Below are positions 1 through 9,960 of a stretch of 64,000 nt of DNA, piece after piece (within the stretch, counting starts at the first letter, position 1; each line of letters starts with the position of its first letter). A program made the translations under genes and the position numbers. Origin of the DNA: Bacteroidia bacterium (GTDB lineage: Bacteria > Bacteroidota > Bacteroidia > Bacteroidales > VadinHA17); assembly GCA_026391475.1 (NCBI GenBank), contig JAPLED010000123.1, positions 7,878 through 71,877 on the forward strand, in the 5' to 3' direction. The notes beneath the pieces were generated by a model. That model saw nothing but the letters and a program-made list of their open reading frames with translations, searched no databases and had not been told where the DNA came from.

Positions 1-2560
1 GAATAGGTGCGTTAATTGCGTTTCTTTCCGCATTTCCTCTTACCACCTGGTTTCGTGAAAGAATATCGGGAAGATATCTTTTACGTCCGAACATAGTTGT
101 AACATACCCAAGATCTCTTGCCTTCTTAATGCTTTCATCCATGTAAACCTTAACCCCGGGGTAAGAATTGAAATAACCATCGATAAGTTCTTTTGCCTCT
201 TTTCTCCCAATTGTCAGCCTTTCCGATAGTCCGAAAGATGAAATCCCGTAAATGATGCCAAAATTAGCCGTCTTTGCCCTGCTGCGCATCTCCCGCGTGA
301 CATCCTTAATCTCAACTCCGAATATTTTAGCTGCTGTCGCTGCATGAATATCATTTCCCGAAAGAAAATCAGCTATCATGCTTTTATCCTTACTCAGATG
401 TGCCATCAGCCTCAATTCAATCTGTGAATAGTCGGCCGAAAAGAAAATATGGTCATGTTCCGGGACAAAAGCTTTTCTGATTTCTCTTCCCCGGGCATCT
501 TTAACCGGGATGTTCTGAAGGTTCGGATTGTTTGAACTAAGCCTGCCGGTTGAGGCAACAGCCTGGTTGAAGGAAGTATGAATTCTTCCGGTCTTCTTAT
601 CTACGAGCAGGGGAAGAGCCTCAACATAAGTTGATAACAGTTTTTTAAGACCTCTGTATTCCAACACTTTATTGACTATGGGGTGTTTGCTTGTAAGCCG
701 TTGCAATATCTCTTCATTGGTAATGAATTGCCGTGTTTTTGTAATCCTTGCATTATCGTCAAGCTTTAGTCTTATAAAAAGAATATCTCCGAGCTGTTTC
801 GGTGAGGAAATATTAAATTCTGTCCCTGCAAGAGAATAGATCTCCTTTTCAAGCGAAATAATATCGTCGCGGAGGTTTATGGTTATAGCCTTAAGATCCT
901 CCAGGTTCAACTTCACCCCGTTCCTTTCCATGGTTGCCAGCACACTGATCAGAGGCATTTCAATATTACTCGCAAGATCTCCCAGTCCTTCTGTCAAAAT
1001 ATGAGGTTCAAAGATCTTCTTCAGTTGAAGTGTTACGTCCGCATCCTCAACTGCATATTCCTTCAGTTTCTCAACCGGCACTGATCTCATATTTTTCTGA
1101 TTGTACCCCTTTTCTCCAATGAGCGATTCAATATGTACCGGATTGTACGACAGATATGTTTCAGACAGAAGGTTCATGTTGTGCCTCATGTCGGGCTCCA
1201 GCAGGTAATGGGCAATCATTGTGTCGAACAATGGACCTCTGACTTCAATGCCGTAATTCGCCAGAACCTGGATATCAAATTTCAGATTCTGTCCTATTTT
1301 CAGTGTTTCCTGATTTTCAAAAACCGGTCTGATAATTTCAAGCAGTGCTTTTGTTTCCTGTTGCGATTCAGGGAAATGAATGAGATATCCCGATCCTTTC
1401 TCCCATGAGAATGCCAGAGCAACCAGCTCTGCTTCCAGGGCATTTATGCTTGTTGTTTCAGTGTCGAAACAGAACTCTTTAAGCCCCCCGATGGTATTGA
1501 CTAGTTCTTTAAGGTCTGAATTATTTTCAACCAATACGTAATTGTGAGCAACATTTCCTATAGATGCTTTTTCAGCAACAGGGCAACTTGCCTCATCTCC
1601 GAAAAGAGAACCCTGAAAAGATTCTTTCTGAGTAACAAATAATTGTTGTTGTTCCCTGGGTTTTTCTGATTTTTCTATTTCTGCAAAAATCTTAGTAGTA
1701 ACTCTTTTAAATTCCAGTTCGTTAAAAAGAACTTTAAGCTTATCAGGGTCAGGCACTTCTAGTTCTAGAGCAGTTTCATTCAATTCTACAGGTACATACT
1801 GTTCTATGGTAACCAGCTTTTTCGAAAATTCAATCTGCTCCCTGTTGTTTTCAATTATCTCTTTTAGTTTTCCCTTCAACTTATCCGTATTTCTGAACAA
1901 CTCTTCAATACTTCCGTATTCAGAGATCAGTTTCATAGCGGTTTTTGGTCCAACCCCTGGCGCTCCCGGAATATTATCGGATGTGTCGCCCATAAGGGCA
2001 AGAACATCTATGACCTGTTCCGGACGCTGCACAGAAAATTCCCTTTTAATATCATCCACCCCCCACAAAATGGATTCATTTCCACTTCTCGATGGTTTTA
2101 ACATAAATACATTACCTGAGACGAGTTGTGCAAAATCTTTGTCCGGGGTCATCATATAAGTTGTAAACCCTCGCTCAGAAGCCTTTCGGGCTAATGTACC
2201 TATTATATCATCAGCTTCAAATCCCGGATAATCAATCACTGGAATTTTATATGCCTCAATAAGCCGTTTAATGTAAGGAACTGCCTTTTTAATATCTTCC
2301 GGTGTCTCGTCACGGTTAGCTTTGTATTCCTTAAACATTTCATGCCTGAAGGTCGGTGTCGGAGTATCGAAAACAACAGCGATGTGGGTTGGTTTTTGTT
2401 TCTGAAGGACCTCTTCAAGAGTCAGCAGAAATCCGAATATTGCCGAAGTATTCAGACCTTTTGAGGTTATCCTGGGATTTTTAATGAATGCATAATAAGA
2501 ACGGAAAATAAGGGCGTAAGCATCCAGTAAAAAAAGTTTTTTTGTTTGATTTTCAGGCAT
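1..2560 (-). CDS. polA: DNA polymerase I (3' end runs off the window)
   Basis: Missing from the ORF track because there is no stop in the window. Manual translation from the ATG at 2560 gives MPENQTKKLFLLDAYALIFRSYYAFIKNPRITSKGLNTSAIFGF, and the same frame at the window edge gives GNAERNAINAPI (PolA polymerase domain). Confidence 0.97.
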   Translation of the reverse strand, partial: MPENQTKKLFLLDAYALIFRSYYAFIKNPRITSKGLNTSAIFGFLLTLEEVLQKQKPTHIAVVFDTPTPTFRHEMFKEYKANRDETPEDIKKAVPYIKRLIEAYKIPVIDYPGFEADDIIGTLARKASERGFTTYMMTPDKDFAQLVSGNVFMLKPSRSGNESILWGVDDIKREFSVQRPEQVIDVLALMGDTSDNIPGAPGVGPKTAMKLISEYGSIEELFRNTDKLKGKLKEIIENNREQIEFSKKLVTIEQYVPVELNETALELEVPDPDKLKVLFNELEFKRVTTKIFAEIEKSEKPREQQQLFVTQKESFQGSLFGDEASCPVAEKASIGNVAHNYVLVENNSDLKELVNTIGGLKEFCFDTETTSINALEAELVALAFSWEKGSGYLIHFPESQQETKALLEIIRPVFENQETLKIGQNLKFDIQVLANYGIEVRGPLFDTMIAHYLLEPDMRHNMNLLSETYLSYNPVHIESLIGEKGYNQKNMRSVPVEKLKEYAVEDADVTLQLKKIFEPHILTEGLGDLASNIEMPLISVLATMERNGVKLNLEDLKAITINLRDDIISLEKEIYSLAGTEFNISSPKQLGDILFIRLKLDDNARITKTRQFITNEEILQRLTSKHPIVNKVLEYRGLKKLLSTYVEALPLLVDKKTGRIHTSFNQAVASTGRLSSNNPNLQNIPVKDARGREIRKAFVPEHDHIFFSADYSQIELRLMAHLSKDKSMIADFLSGNDIHAATAAKIFGVEIKDVTREMRSRAKTANFGIIYGISSFGLSERLTIGRKEAKELIDGYFNSYPGVKVYMDESIKKARDLGYVTTMFGRKRYLPDILSRNQVVRGNAERNAINAPI

Positions 2561-2566
2561 ATCTAA

Positions 2567-3019
2567 TTATTCGTTATCAGAAGCATACCATTCGGCAAAT
2601 GAAGTGGCTGTTTCATAGAGTTTAAGGTTATGAAGTTTTATTCCGGGTGGCAGGAGACTGGTGATCCTTCCGGCAAAATCCGAAACGAGGTTTTCACAGG
2701 TTGGTTGATAATCAACCAGAACTGTATTTCCAAACATCTTTGTAAACATCTCCGTTTTTCCCTTATCAAACCGTCTGCTAACCACTACAGCATGATCAAA
2801 AACAGTTATAATCTCCTTTTTTACAATGCTTTTTAAATCCGTAAAATCTATTACCATTCCATTCTTCGGATTTCCGGGTTCGTCAACCGGAACGCCGGAA
2901 AGTGTCACAAAAAGGCGATATGAATGACCATGAACATTTCTGCACGGTCCGTCATAATTCCAAAGTGCATGGGCCATTTCAAAAGTGAATTCCTTTGTTA
3001 CTCTTATTACTGAAGCCAT
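2567..3019 (-). CDS. queD: 6-carboxytetrahydropterin synthase
   Basis: FEMAHAL..C.NVHGHSY, IDFTDLK, PTCEN and LYET motifs of the QueD/PTPS family. Confidence 0.9.
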   Translation of the reverse strand: MASVIRVTKEFTFEMAHALWNYDGPCRNVHGHSYRLFVTLSGVPVDEPGNPKNGMVIDFTDLKSIVKKEIITVFDHAVVVSRRFDKGKTEMFTKMFGNTVLVDYQPTCENLVSDFAGRITSLLPPGIKLHNLKLYETATSFAEWYASDNE

Positions 3020-3147
3020 GGTTTCTTTATTAAAAAATAATTTACAAAAATAACCATTCCGTCCGATAAAGGGTTAATGTTTTATCCTGCTTTTGCAATA
3101 TTCAGCTAATATATATAACGATTAAGCCCAGGAAAGCAATAATTCCG

Positions 3148-3155
3148 TAACTTTG
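3148..3155 (+). promoter_or_regulatory. Bacteroidota sigma-A -7 element (TAACTTTG)
   Basis: Matches TAnnTTTG about 30 nt upstream of the ATG at 3186. Similar elements occur at 4951, 58560 and 63526. Confidence 0.55.
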
Positions 3156-3185
3156 CATTTTATAATTGGCTTTACAATAGGTATT

Positions 3186-4832
3186 ATGGAAGAAAATAGT
3201 ATCAGGTTAACTTTCCCTGCAATGTTCAATGAAACATTACGAAAGTTCGGAAAGCATAATGCTTATGCGTTTGTAGGAGAAGACCCCAAGAGCTATGAAA
3301 CAGTCAATAAGGAGATTAGGGCTTTAATTGCTTTCCTTGAAAAGAATGGAATCTGCCCGGGCGATAAAGTGGCGATCCTGAGTTCCAATATGCCTAACTG
3401 GGGTGTAGCTTTCTTTTCTATTACTTTTATGGGCGCTGTTGTTGTGCCAATTCTACCTGATTTTTCGAATATTGAGGTTGGGAATGTTCTTGAGCATTCC
3501 GGGGTCAAAGCTATTTTTATATCCACCTCATTATTGCAGAGAATTGAAGGATTTAAATCCGAAGATCTTAAAACAGGAATTCTCATAGAGGATTTTTCGC
3601 TGATCTTTTCTGAAAAGGGTTCTTCTGGATATGATGCATCAGCTCTTCCTGTCAAAAACTATGAAATTGAAGAAGAAGATCTCGCATCAATAATTTATAC
3701 ATCAGGTACAACAGGCCGGTCTAAGGGAGTTATGTTGACCCACAAGAATATCTCTTTTAATGCACTGAAAGGCAGAAAGTTACAGCCAATTGACGAGAAT
3801 GATCGCTTTTTGTCTGTTCTGCCATTGTCACACACTTATGAGAATACACTCGGGTTAATTTTGCCGATGCTCTGCGGTTCGTGTGTCTATTATCTGAGAA
3901 AGCCGCCAACGCCGGCAGTTCTTGTTCCTGCTATGGCTGAAATAAAACCTACATTAATGCTAACTGTTCCTCTTATAATTGAAAAAATATATTTTAACAA
4001 AATTATGCCGGCATTTAGGGATAAACTGATACTTAAGCTTCTTTATAAAATTCCGTTCCTCAGAAAAAAACTGAATGAGGCTGCCGGGAAGAAACTTATG
4101 AAAACATTTGGAGGTGAACTAAAATTTTATGGTATTGGTGGCGCCAAACTCAATAAAACAGTTGAGAAATTCCTAATCGAAGCCAAATTCCCTTATGCAA
4201 TTGGCTATGGCCTTACAGAAACATCCCCTCTCCTTGCCGGCTCTAATCCTCAAAAAGCTGTATATGAGTCAACCGGCCCTGCAATAGAAGGCATTGAACT
4301 TATTATAAATAACCCTGACAAAAAAACCGGGGAAGGGGAAATATGGGCAAAAGGACTAAATGTTATGAAGGGTTATTATAAAGAGCCTGAAATGACAAAA
4401 GAAGTCTTAACTCCCGACGGCTGGTTCAAAACCGGGGACCTTGGAACACTCGACAGTAACAATAACCTTTACATAAAAGGGAGATTAAAAAATATGATCG
4501 TTGGTGCCAGCGGAGAGAATATTTATCCTGAGGAGATTGAATCAATTATCAACAACTTCCGTTTTGTTGTGGAATCGCTTGTTGTCCAGCAAAAAGGAAA
4601 ACTTGTTGCCCTGGTTCACATTAATATGGATGAGCTTGAAAAAAAATATCAAAGTATTAAACAAGATATGACAAGGCAGGTTGAAGATAAAGTTGATGAG
4701 GTTCTGAATGAATTACAGGAGTACGTGAACTCGCAGGTTAACAAATTCAGCCAGATTCAAAAAGTTGTACTTCATCCTGATCCTTTTCAGAAAACAGCGA
4801 CACTGAAAATTAAGAGATTTCTGTACACATAG
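3186..4832 (+). CDS. Long-chain fatty acid-CoA ligase (AMP-binding)
   Basis: IIYTSGTTGRSKGVML, GYGLTET and GWFKTGDLG motifs; ATG at 3186 preferred over TTG at 3153. Confidence 0.9.
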   Translation: MEENSIRLTFPAMFNETLRKFGKHNAYAFVGEDPKSYETVNKEIRALIAFLEKNGICPGDKVAILSSNMPNWGVAFFSITFMGAVVVPILPDFSNIEVGNVLEHSGVKAIFISTSLLQRIEGFKSEDLKTGILIEDFSLIFSEKGSSGYDASALPVKNYEIEEEDLASIIYTSGTTGRSKGVMLTHKNISFNALKGRKLQPIDENDRFLSVLPLSHTYENTLGLILPMLCGSCVYYLRKPPTPAVLVPAMAEIKPTLMLTVPLIIEKIYFNKIMPAFRDKLILKLLYKIPFLRKKLNEAAGKKLMKTFGGELKFYGIGGAKLNKTVEKFLIEAKFPYAIGYGLTETSPLLAGSNPQKAVYESTGPAIEGIELIINNPDKKTGEGEIWAKGLNVMKGYYKEPEMTKEVLTPDGWFKTGDLGTLDSNNNLYIKGRLKNMIVGASGENIYPEEIESIINNFRFVVESLVVQQKGKLVALVHINMDELEKKYQSIKQDMTRQVEDKVDEVLNELQEYVNSQVNKFSQIQKVVLHPDPFQKTATLKIKRFLYT

Positions 4833-4839
4833 AATATTG

Positions 4840-4939
4840 CCTCACCCTATATCTCTCTCCTTCAGGAGAGGAACTAATATGTTGATCTTAAACACAATAA
4901 GCCCCTTCTCTTTCAGGAGAAGGGGGAATGGGGATGAGG
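4840..4939. repeat. REP-like composite palindrome (two GC-rich hairpins inside CCTCACCC...GGGATGAGG ends)
   Basis: Hairpins CTCTCC-TTCA-GGAGAG (4855-4870) and CCCCTTCTC-TTTCAG-GAGAAGGGG (4902-4925); outer ends are imperfectly inverted. Confidence 0.6.
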
Positions 4940-4991
4940 TAATTTTTTAATATCTTTGTCGTTTAATTTTTAAAATTTAACTGATAGCTAT

Positions 4992-5807
4992 ATGAAAAGA
5001 CTATTCTCTTTTACTATGATACTTTTTCTCTCTGCCTGTTTAATTATCAGCTGCAAAAAGAATAATGGAGAGCCTCCGGTTTTGCCTGCACAGGAATCTA
5101 TGATAATTGATTTCAGCAATTTCGCAACGCAGAAAAAGTCCGCTGATCTGTTATCTGACCAGAAAGGCACTGAAAATAGCAACTGGGATTTTGCTGCAAC
5201 AGTTGCAGGGGTGTGGAATTTGATCATTAATACCACCCTTGCTGTTCCTGTTACATCTTTTAAACTGGCGGTTGACCAGGATCCGGTATTTATATCTGAA
5301 AAAACATGGCAATGGAGCTATAATTTCAGTGTTGCTAGTGTTGATTACAAAGCAAGACTTACAGGGCAGATCAGAACCAGTGATGTTTTATGGAAAATGT
5401 ATATAACCAAAGAAGGGACTGGCGGTTTTGCAGAGTTTGTCTGGTTTGAAGGAACATCCAAACCTGACGGGGCGGGCGGGCAATGGATACTCAATCAGAG
5501 TTCCCAATTTCCTGAAGCCTTGCTTCAGATTGACTGGACAAAAACAGGTACATCAATTAGCAGTATAAAATATACAATTGTGAAAAACCTTGACCCTCTT
5601 AAAACCAGTTATATTGAATACGGATTAACAACCAGCCCTATGAACGCCTATTATACCGTTCATTATTACAATAGCGTGACGTTTTCTGATGTAAATATAG
5701 AATGGAATACAGCTACACATAATGGCAGAGTTAAATGTTTAGATTACCTGGGAGACAATAAATGGTATTGCTGGAATGAACAGAAAATCAATATTACATG
5801 TCCTTAA
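4992..5807 (+). CDS. Hypothetical lipoprotein
   Basis: 271 aa ORF with signal peptide and lipobox (LIISC-KK), Trp-rich. Confidence 0.75.
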   Translation: MKRLFSFTMILFLSACLIISCKKNNGEPPVLPAQESMIIDFSNFATQKKSADLLSDQKGTENSNWDFAATVAGVWNLIINTTLAVPVTSFKLAVDQDPVFISEKTWQWSYNFSVASVDYKARLTGQIRTSDVLWKMYITKEGTGGFAEFVWFEGTSKPDGAGGQWILNQSSQFPEALLQIDWTKTGTSISSIKYTIVKNLDPLKTSYIEYGLTTSPMNAYYTVHYYNSVTFSDVNIEWNTATHNGRVKCLDYLGDNKWYCWNEQKINITCP

Positions 5808-5823
5808 TAGTAAATTGATAATC

Positions 5824-5862
5824 ATATAAATAAATCCCGGAATTACCGGGATTTATTTATAT
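5824..5862. terminator. Intrinsic terminator-like hairpin (possibly bidirectional)
   Basis: Perfect inverted repeat ATATAAATAAATCCCGG-AATTA-CCGGGATTTATTTATAT just after the stop. Confidence 0.7.
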
Positions 5863-5967
5863 TCTGTTTCAACTCCTGCAACACTTTTTTAAACCCGGTA
5901 TTTACCGGTATATTAAGGGGATCAATTTTTTTACTATTTTGCGCCCCTGAATTTTAACCAGACCAAA

Positions 5968-6576
5968 ATGTCATTAGGAAAAAAGTCCGTTCTGTTAATA
6001 CTGCTGATCCTGTTTGTTGACCAGGTTCTGAAAATCTGGGTCAAAACCCATATGGAAATCGGACAGGAAATACATCTGTTCGGTAATTGGGGAATTCTTC
6101 ATTTCATAGAAAATTACGGAATGGCCTTCGGGATGGAGATGGGAGGAAAGGCTGGCAAGGTCATTTTAAGTATCTTCAGAATTATTGCAATTTTCGGTAT
6201 CGGCTGGTTTCTTTCTTCCCTTATTAACAAAAAGGCAAGCTTAGGACTGATTCTTGCGGTCAGTGCCATTATGGCCGGAGCTATCGGTAACATCATCGAC
6301 AGTGCATTTTATGGCATTATCTTCAGCGAAAGCTTTAATCAGCCCGCTGTGTTGTTTCCTCCTGAAGGTGGATATTCTTCTTTCCTGCATGGAAAAGTAG
6401 TTGATATGTTCTACTTCCCTTTAATAAACACACACTGGCCTGATTGGTCACCAATTAAGCCGGGGGAATCATTTGTGTTTTTCAGACCGGTTTTTAATAT
6501 TGCCGATTCAGCAATAACCTGTGGGGTAATATCAATAATATTATTTCAGAAGAGAATGTTCAGGAATCTTTCCTGA
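5968..6576 (+). CDS. lspA: Lipoprotein signal peptidase II
   Basis: DQ..K, ENYGMAFG, GAIGNIID, VVDM and FNIADSAI motifs. Confidence 0.95.
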   Translation: MSLGKKSVLLILLILFVDQVLKIWVKTHMEIGQEIHLFGNWGILHFIENYGMAFGMEMGGKAGKVILSIFRIIAIFGIGWFLSSLINKKASLGLILAVSAIMAGAIGNIIDSAFYGIIFSESFNQPAVLFPPEGGYSSFLHGKVVDMFYFPLINTHWPDWSPIKPGESFVFFRPVFNIADSAITCGVISIILFQKRMFRNLS

Positions 6577-6605
6577 TCCCTTTAATGCTGAATAGAAGTC
6601 TGGTT

Positions 6606-6905
6606 CTATTGCTGACAACAGCTTCTGACACAGTCCAATACTGTTTTCAGGTTTTCGTGCTTCAGAAAGTACCAGGTATTCTTTCCTTCCCTTTTTGAAG
6701 CCAACACTCCCCTGTCCTTTAGAATTCCAAGATGATGCGATGCCGTTGATTGTTCTATTCCGAGCTGCTTATGAATTTCAGTAACCGTTCTTTTCCCCCC
6801 GTCTTCCAGACACCCGATAATTGATATACGAATCGGATGTGCTATTGCTTTCAGCATATTTGCCGCTCTTTCAAGACTTTCCGGATTAAGCTCTTTAAAT
6901 TCCAT
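6606..6905 (-). CDS. ArsR/SmtB family transcriptional regulator
   Basis: LKAIAHPIRISI...QSTASHHLGIL...REGK winged HTH. Confidence 0.9.
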   Translation of the reverse strand: MEFKELNPESLERAANMLKAIAHPIRISIIGCLEDGGKRTVTEIHKQLGIEQSTASHHLGILKDRGVLASKREGKNTWYFLKHENLKTVLDCVRSCCQQ

Positions 6906-7038
6906 TCTTTACACATTTCGTTAGGTAAATATATACAAATATGTTGATATGATGAATGTTGACCTTAATATGTAGGAAATCAACCAATAGTTTATCTCGA
7001 ACTACTGATTTTACTATATTTGAACGAAATAAATTATT

Positions 7039-8013
7039 ATGCCCGTTCTCTCTAGAATAAAAAGACCCGTTGAAAAGGAGATGGCTGAATTTGAAGCCTA
7101 CTTCAGCAAAACTATGCGTAGTGAGATTCCTTTATTAAATATAATCCTTAACTATATTCTTCGTCGTAAGGGAAAACAGATGAGGCCTTTGCTGGTCTTT
7201 CTTACAGCGAGACTTAATGGAGTAATAGCAGAATCAACTTTTGTTGCTGCTACGTTTATTGAGCTTCTTCATACTGCATCTCTGGTTCATGATGATGTGG
7301 TTGACGATGCACATGAAAGACGCGGTGCTTTATCTATAAACGCCCTTTGGAATTCTAAAATTGCGGTCCTGGTCGGTGATTATATGCTGTCGAAAGGAAT
7401 GCTGATAAGTGTTGAAAAGAATCGTTTCGACATGCTTGAAATTGTCTCGGAGGCAGTAAAATCAATGAGCGAAGGTGAGTTACTTCAATTACAAAAGGCC
7501 AGAAAACTTAATATCACGGAGGAAGATTATTTTAAGATCATAAGCCGCAAAACAGCGGCATTAGTTTCTGCATGCACGGCATGTGGAGCAAGATCTGTAA
7601 CAGATGATCCTGAGACAATCCGGTTAATGAAAGACTTCGGAGAAAACATTGGTATTGCCTTCCAGATCAGAGATGATCTTCTTGATTATGAAGGAACCGG
7701 ATTAACCGGAAAAACAGTCGGAAACGATATAAAAGAAAAAAAGATAACACTTCCTTTAATACATGCATTAGAGCAATCAGCAAATTCAAAAAAGAGACAT
7801 ATTCTCGGCATTGTAAAAAACTGGAAAAAAACAAAAACTGATATTAACGAAGTAATCAGCTTTGTTTCAGATAATGGAGGAATGGAATATGCCGGACTTA
7901 AAATGAATCAATATCGGGATAAGGCTCTTGCAATACTTGATTCTTACCCCGATTCCGATGTTAAAGACTCCCTTAAGGAGTTCGTTTATTATACGACATC
8001 ACGGAAAAAATAG
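7039..8013 (+). CDS. Polyprenyl (octaprenyl-type) diphosphate synthase
   Basis: GKQMRP, LHTASLVHDDVVD and FQIRDDLLD motifs. Confidence 0.92.
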   Translation: MPVLSRIKRPVEKEMAEFEAYFSKTMRSEIPLLNIILNYILRRKGKQMRPLLVFLTARLNGVIAESTFVAATFIELLHTASLVHDDVVDDAHERRGALSINALWNSKIAVLVGDYMLSKGMLISVEKNRFDMLEIVSEAVKSMSEGELLQLQKARKLNITEEDYFKIISRKTAALVSACTACGARSVTDDPETIRLMKDFGENIGIAFQIRDDLLDYEGTGLTGKTVGNDIKEKKITLPLIHALEQSANSKKRHILGIVKNWKKTKTDINEVISFVSDNGGMEYAGLKMNQYRDKALAILDSYPDSDVKDSLKEFVYYTTSRKK

Positions 8014-8056
8014 GCACTTCTTTGCGGTTCCGGAAAAGGGCTGGTTTATAATAATC

Positions 8057-9343
8057 TCATGCCGCTGCTTCCAGATTAATTTTGGCAACTTTTTCTATAT
8101 CCCTGGTATAGTGCCTTGAACCCAGATAAAATAAAAGAGCACCTGCAAAAAGAACAAACGGAAGAAAAGCAAAAGCAGTTTTTATATTAGTAAGATCATA
8201 GATTCTTCCAACAACGACCGGAGCAATCGACGAACCTAGTAGGTTTTGAACAATTACAGCAACTGCATACGACATTGCACGGAGACCAGGATGGATAACA
8301 TCCTGTGTAACAGAAGCTGCTCCTGAAATAAACGACATAATCAATACTCCCATAATAAGCAGAAGAATAAATTGAATTGTCCCTTTGAATAAATAGAGTG
8401 CAGCAAATAGAAAAACAGATGTAAGCAGTGTTGAAATAGTGGGAAACAGTAATCTCGCCCGGGGTTGTGTTTTTCTCCACCTGTCAGTCAGAAAACCACC
8501 TAACGGAGCACCCACTATTGCAAGTATCATTACAGCGCTGGCAAGAGTACCTGCTTTATCCTGTGCCAAACCGCGTTCGATTTGAAAATATGTTGATAAC
8601 CAGGTTATAAGAGATGTTGTAACAAAAACAACAGTTGCCATTCCAAAATAGGTGAAAATCAATGATGGCTTCGTAATGAACTCCTGGAAAATATCTTTTG
8701 CTTTCATTTTCACTTTATTGTTCATTTTGTCGACAAAGGAAAGATCAACTGTTTTATAATCTTTAACAAAAAGAAACAAAATTGCCACAATCAGCCCCGG
8801 AAATGCAACAATTCCAAATGCATGTTTCCATCCAAGTTTAAGAGCTATTATACCTCCCAACAGAACCCCAATGGCGGTACCCAGGGGTATTGAAGCATTC
8901 CAGAGACCCATCATTTTCGATCTTTTTTCCAGAGGATACAAACCCGCGATCAGTGCACTACCTCCGGGAGCATAGCCGGCTTCACCAACACCAATCAGAA
9001 GGCGAGCCATAAATAACTGAGCAAAGTTTCCTGTAAGAGCACATAATGCGGTTGCCATACTCCACAAAATAGCCATAATACCTATTGTTTTGCTTCTGCT
9101 CCATCGGTCAATCAGGATCGAAACCGGAAAAGTCAGAAGAACGATGGCCCAATAAACCGCTGAAACAAGTAACCCGCTCTGCATATGAGATATACCCCAG
9201 TCTTTTTCAATTGAGGTAAACATAGATGTAATAATCATTCTGTCGATATAATCAAACATATACAACAGGAACAGTAACATAAAAACATAATTAGAGTAAC
9301 CTTTTGAAAACAGGTACCCGCTGCGGTCCTCCGGTTTTTTCAT
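8057..9343 (-). CDS. MFS transporter (spinster-like)
   Basis: About 12 hydrophobic segments; YIDR, DRWSR and RLLIGVGEA motifs. Confidence 0.88.
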   Translation of the reverse strand: MKKPEDRSGYLFSKGYSNYVFMLLFLLYMFDYIDRMIITSMFTSIEKDWGISHMQSGLLVSAVYWAIVLLTFPVSILIDRWSRSKTIGIMAILWSMATALCALTGNFAQLFMARLLIGVGEAGYAPGGSALIAGLYPLEKRSKMMGLWNASIPLGTAIGVLLGGIIALKLGWKHAFGIVAFPGLIVAILFLFVKDYKTVDLSFVDKMNNKVKMKAKDIFQEFITKPSLIFTYFGMATVVFVTTSLITWLSTYFQIERGLAQDKAGTLASAVMILAIVGAPLGGFLTDRWRKTQPRARLLFPTISTLLTSVFLFAALYLFKGTIQFILLLIMGVLIMSFISGAASVTQDVIHPGLRAMSYAVAVIVQNLLGSSIAPVVVGRIYDLTNIKTAFAFLPFVLFAGALLFYLGSRHYTRDIEKVAKINLEAAA

Positions 9344-9519
9344 TATGATCTGTTATTGATTAAACCCCAAGACCAAGTAAATAAAAATAAATGTCAGTTG
9401 GGTTTTTTATTGTATTTTTAAGTCTTTATACTTACTGAACAAGAAGTTTTAAAAAATTCTTTGGCCGTTTTCCAAAATAGTTCAGGTTTTATTTTCAAAT
9501 TTGTTTTTTTTAATTCTCA

Positions 9520-9927
9520 ATGACAGAAACTAATCATCAATACAGTCTTGAATTTGTTGTACGGGATTACGAATGCGATCTTCAGGGCGTAGTAAATAAT
9601 GCTAATTATCAACACTATCTTGAACATGCAAGACATGAGTTTCTGATTTCAAAAGGAGTTAGTTTCGTTCGGCTTCACGAGGAGGGTATTGATCTTATTG
9701 TTACTAAAGTCGAAATTGATTATAAATATCCCCTTAAAAGCCGGGATAAATTTATTGTCAGACTGAATATTCAAAGAGAAGGAAATGCGAGGCTGGTTTT
9801 CAATCAGGATATCTACAGGATACCTGATGAAAAGCATGTTGTCCATGCAAAAATAACCGGCGTGGCAACAAAGAAAGGCCGACCCGTACCTCCCGGAAAA
9901 CTTGTTGAACAGTTAGGATTGGAATAA
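9520..9927 (+). CDS. Acyl-CoA thioesterase (4HBT/YbgC family)
   Basis: VRDYECDLQGVVNNANYQHYLEHAR. Confidence 0.9.
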   Translation: MTETNHQYSLEFVVRDYECDLQGVVNNANYQHYLEHARHEFLISKGVSFVRLHEEGIDLIVTKVEIDYKYPLKSRDKFIVRLNIQREGNARLVFNQDIYRIPDEKHVVHAKITGVATKKGRPVPPGKLVEQLGLE

Positions 9928-9960
9928 GGAAATTGATAAATATTGTATAATTTTAAACAT

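Noticed and set aside
1133-2418. Short ORFs 1133-1408, 1806-2159 and 2236-2418
   Set aside because: Antisense or off-frame shadows of polA, which fills 1-2560 on the - strand
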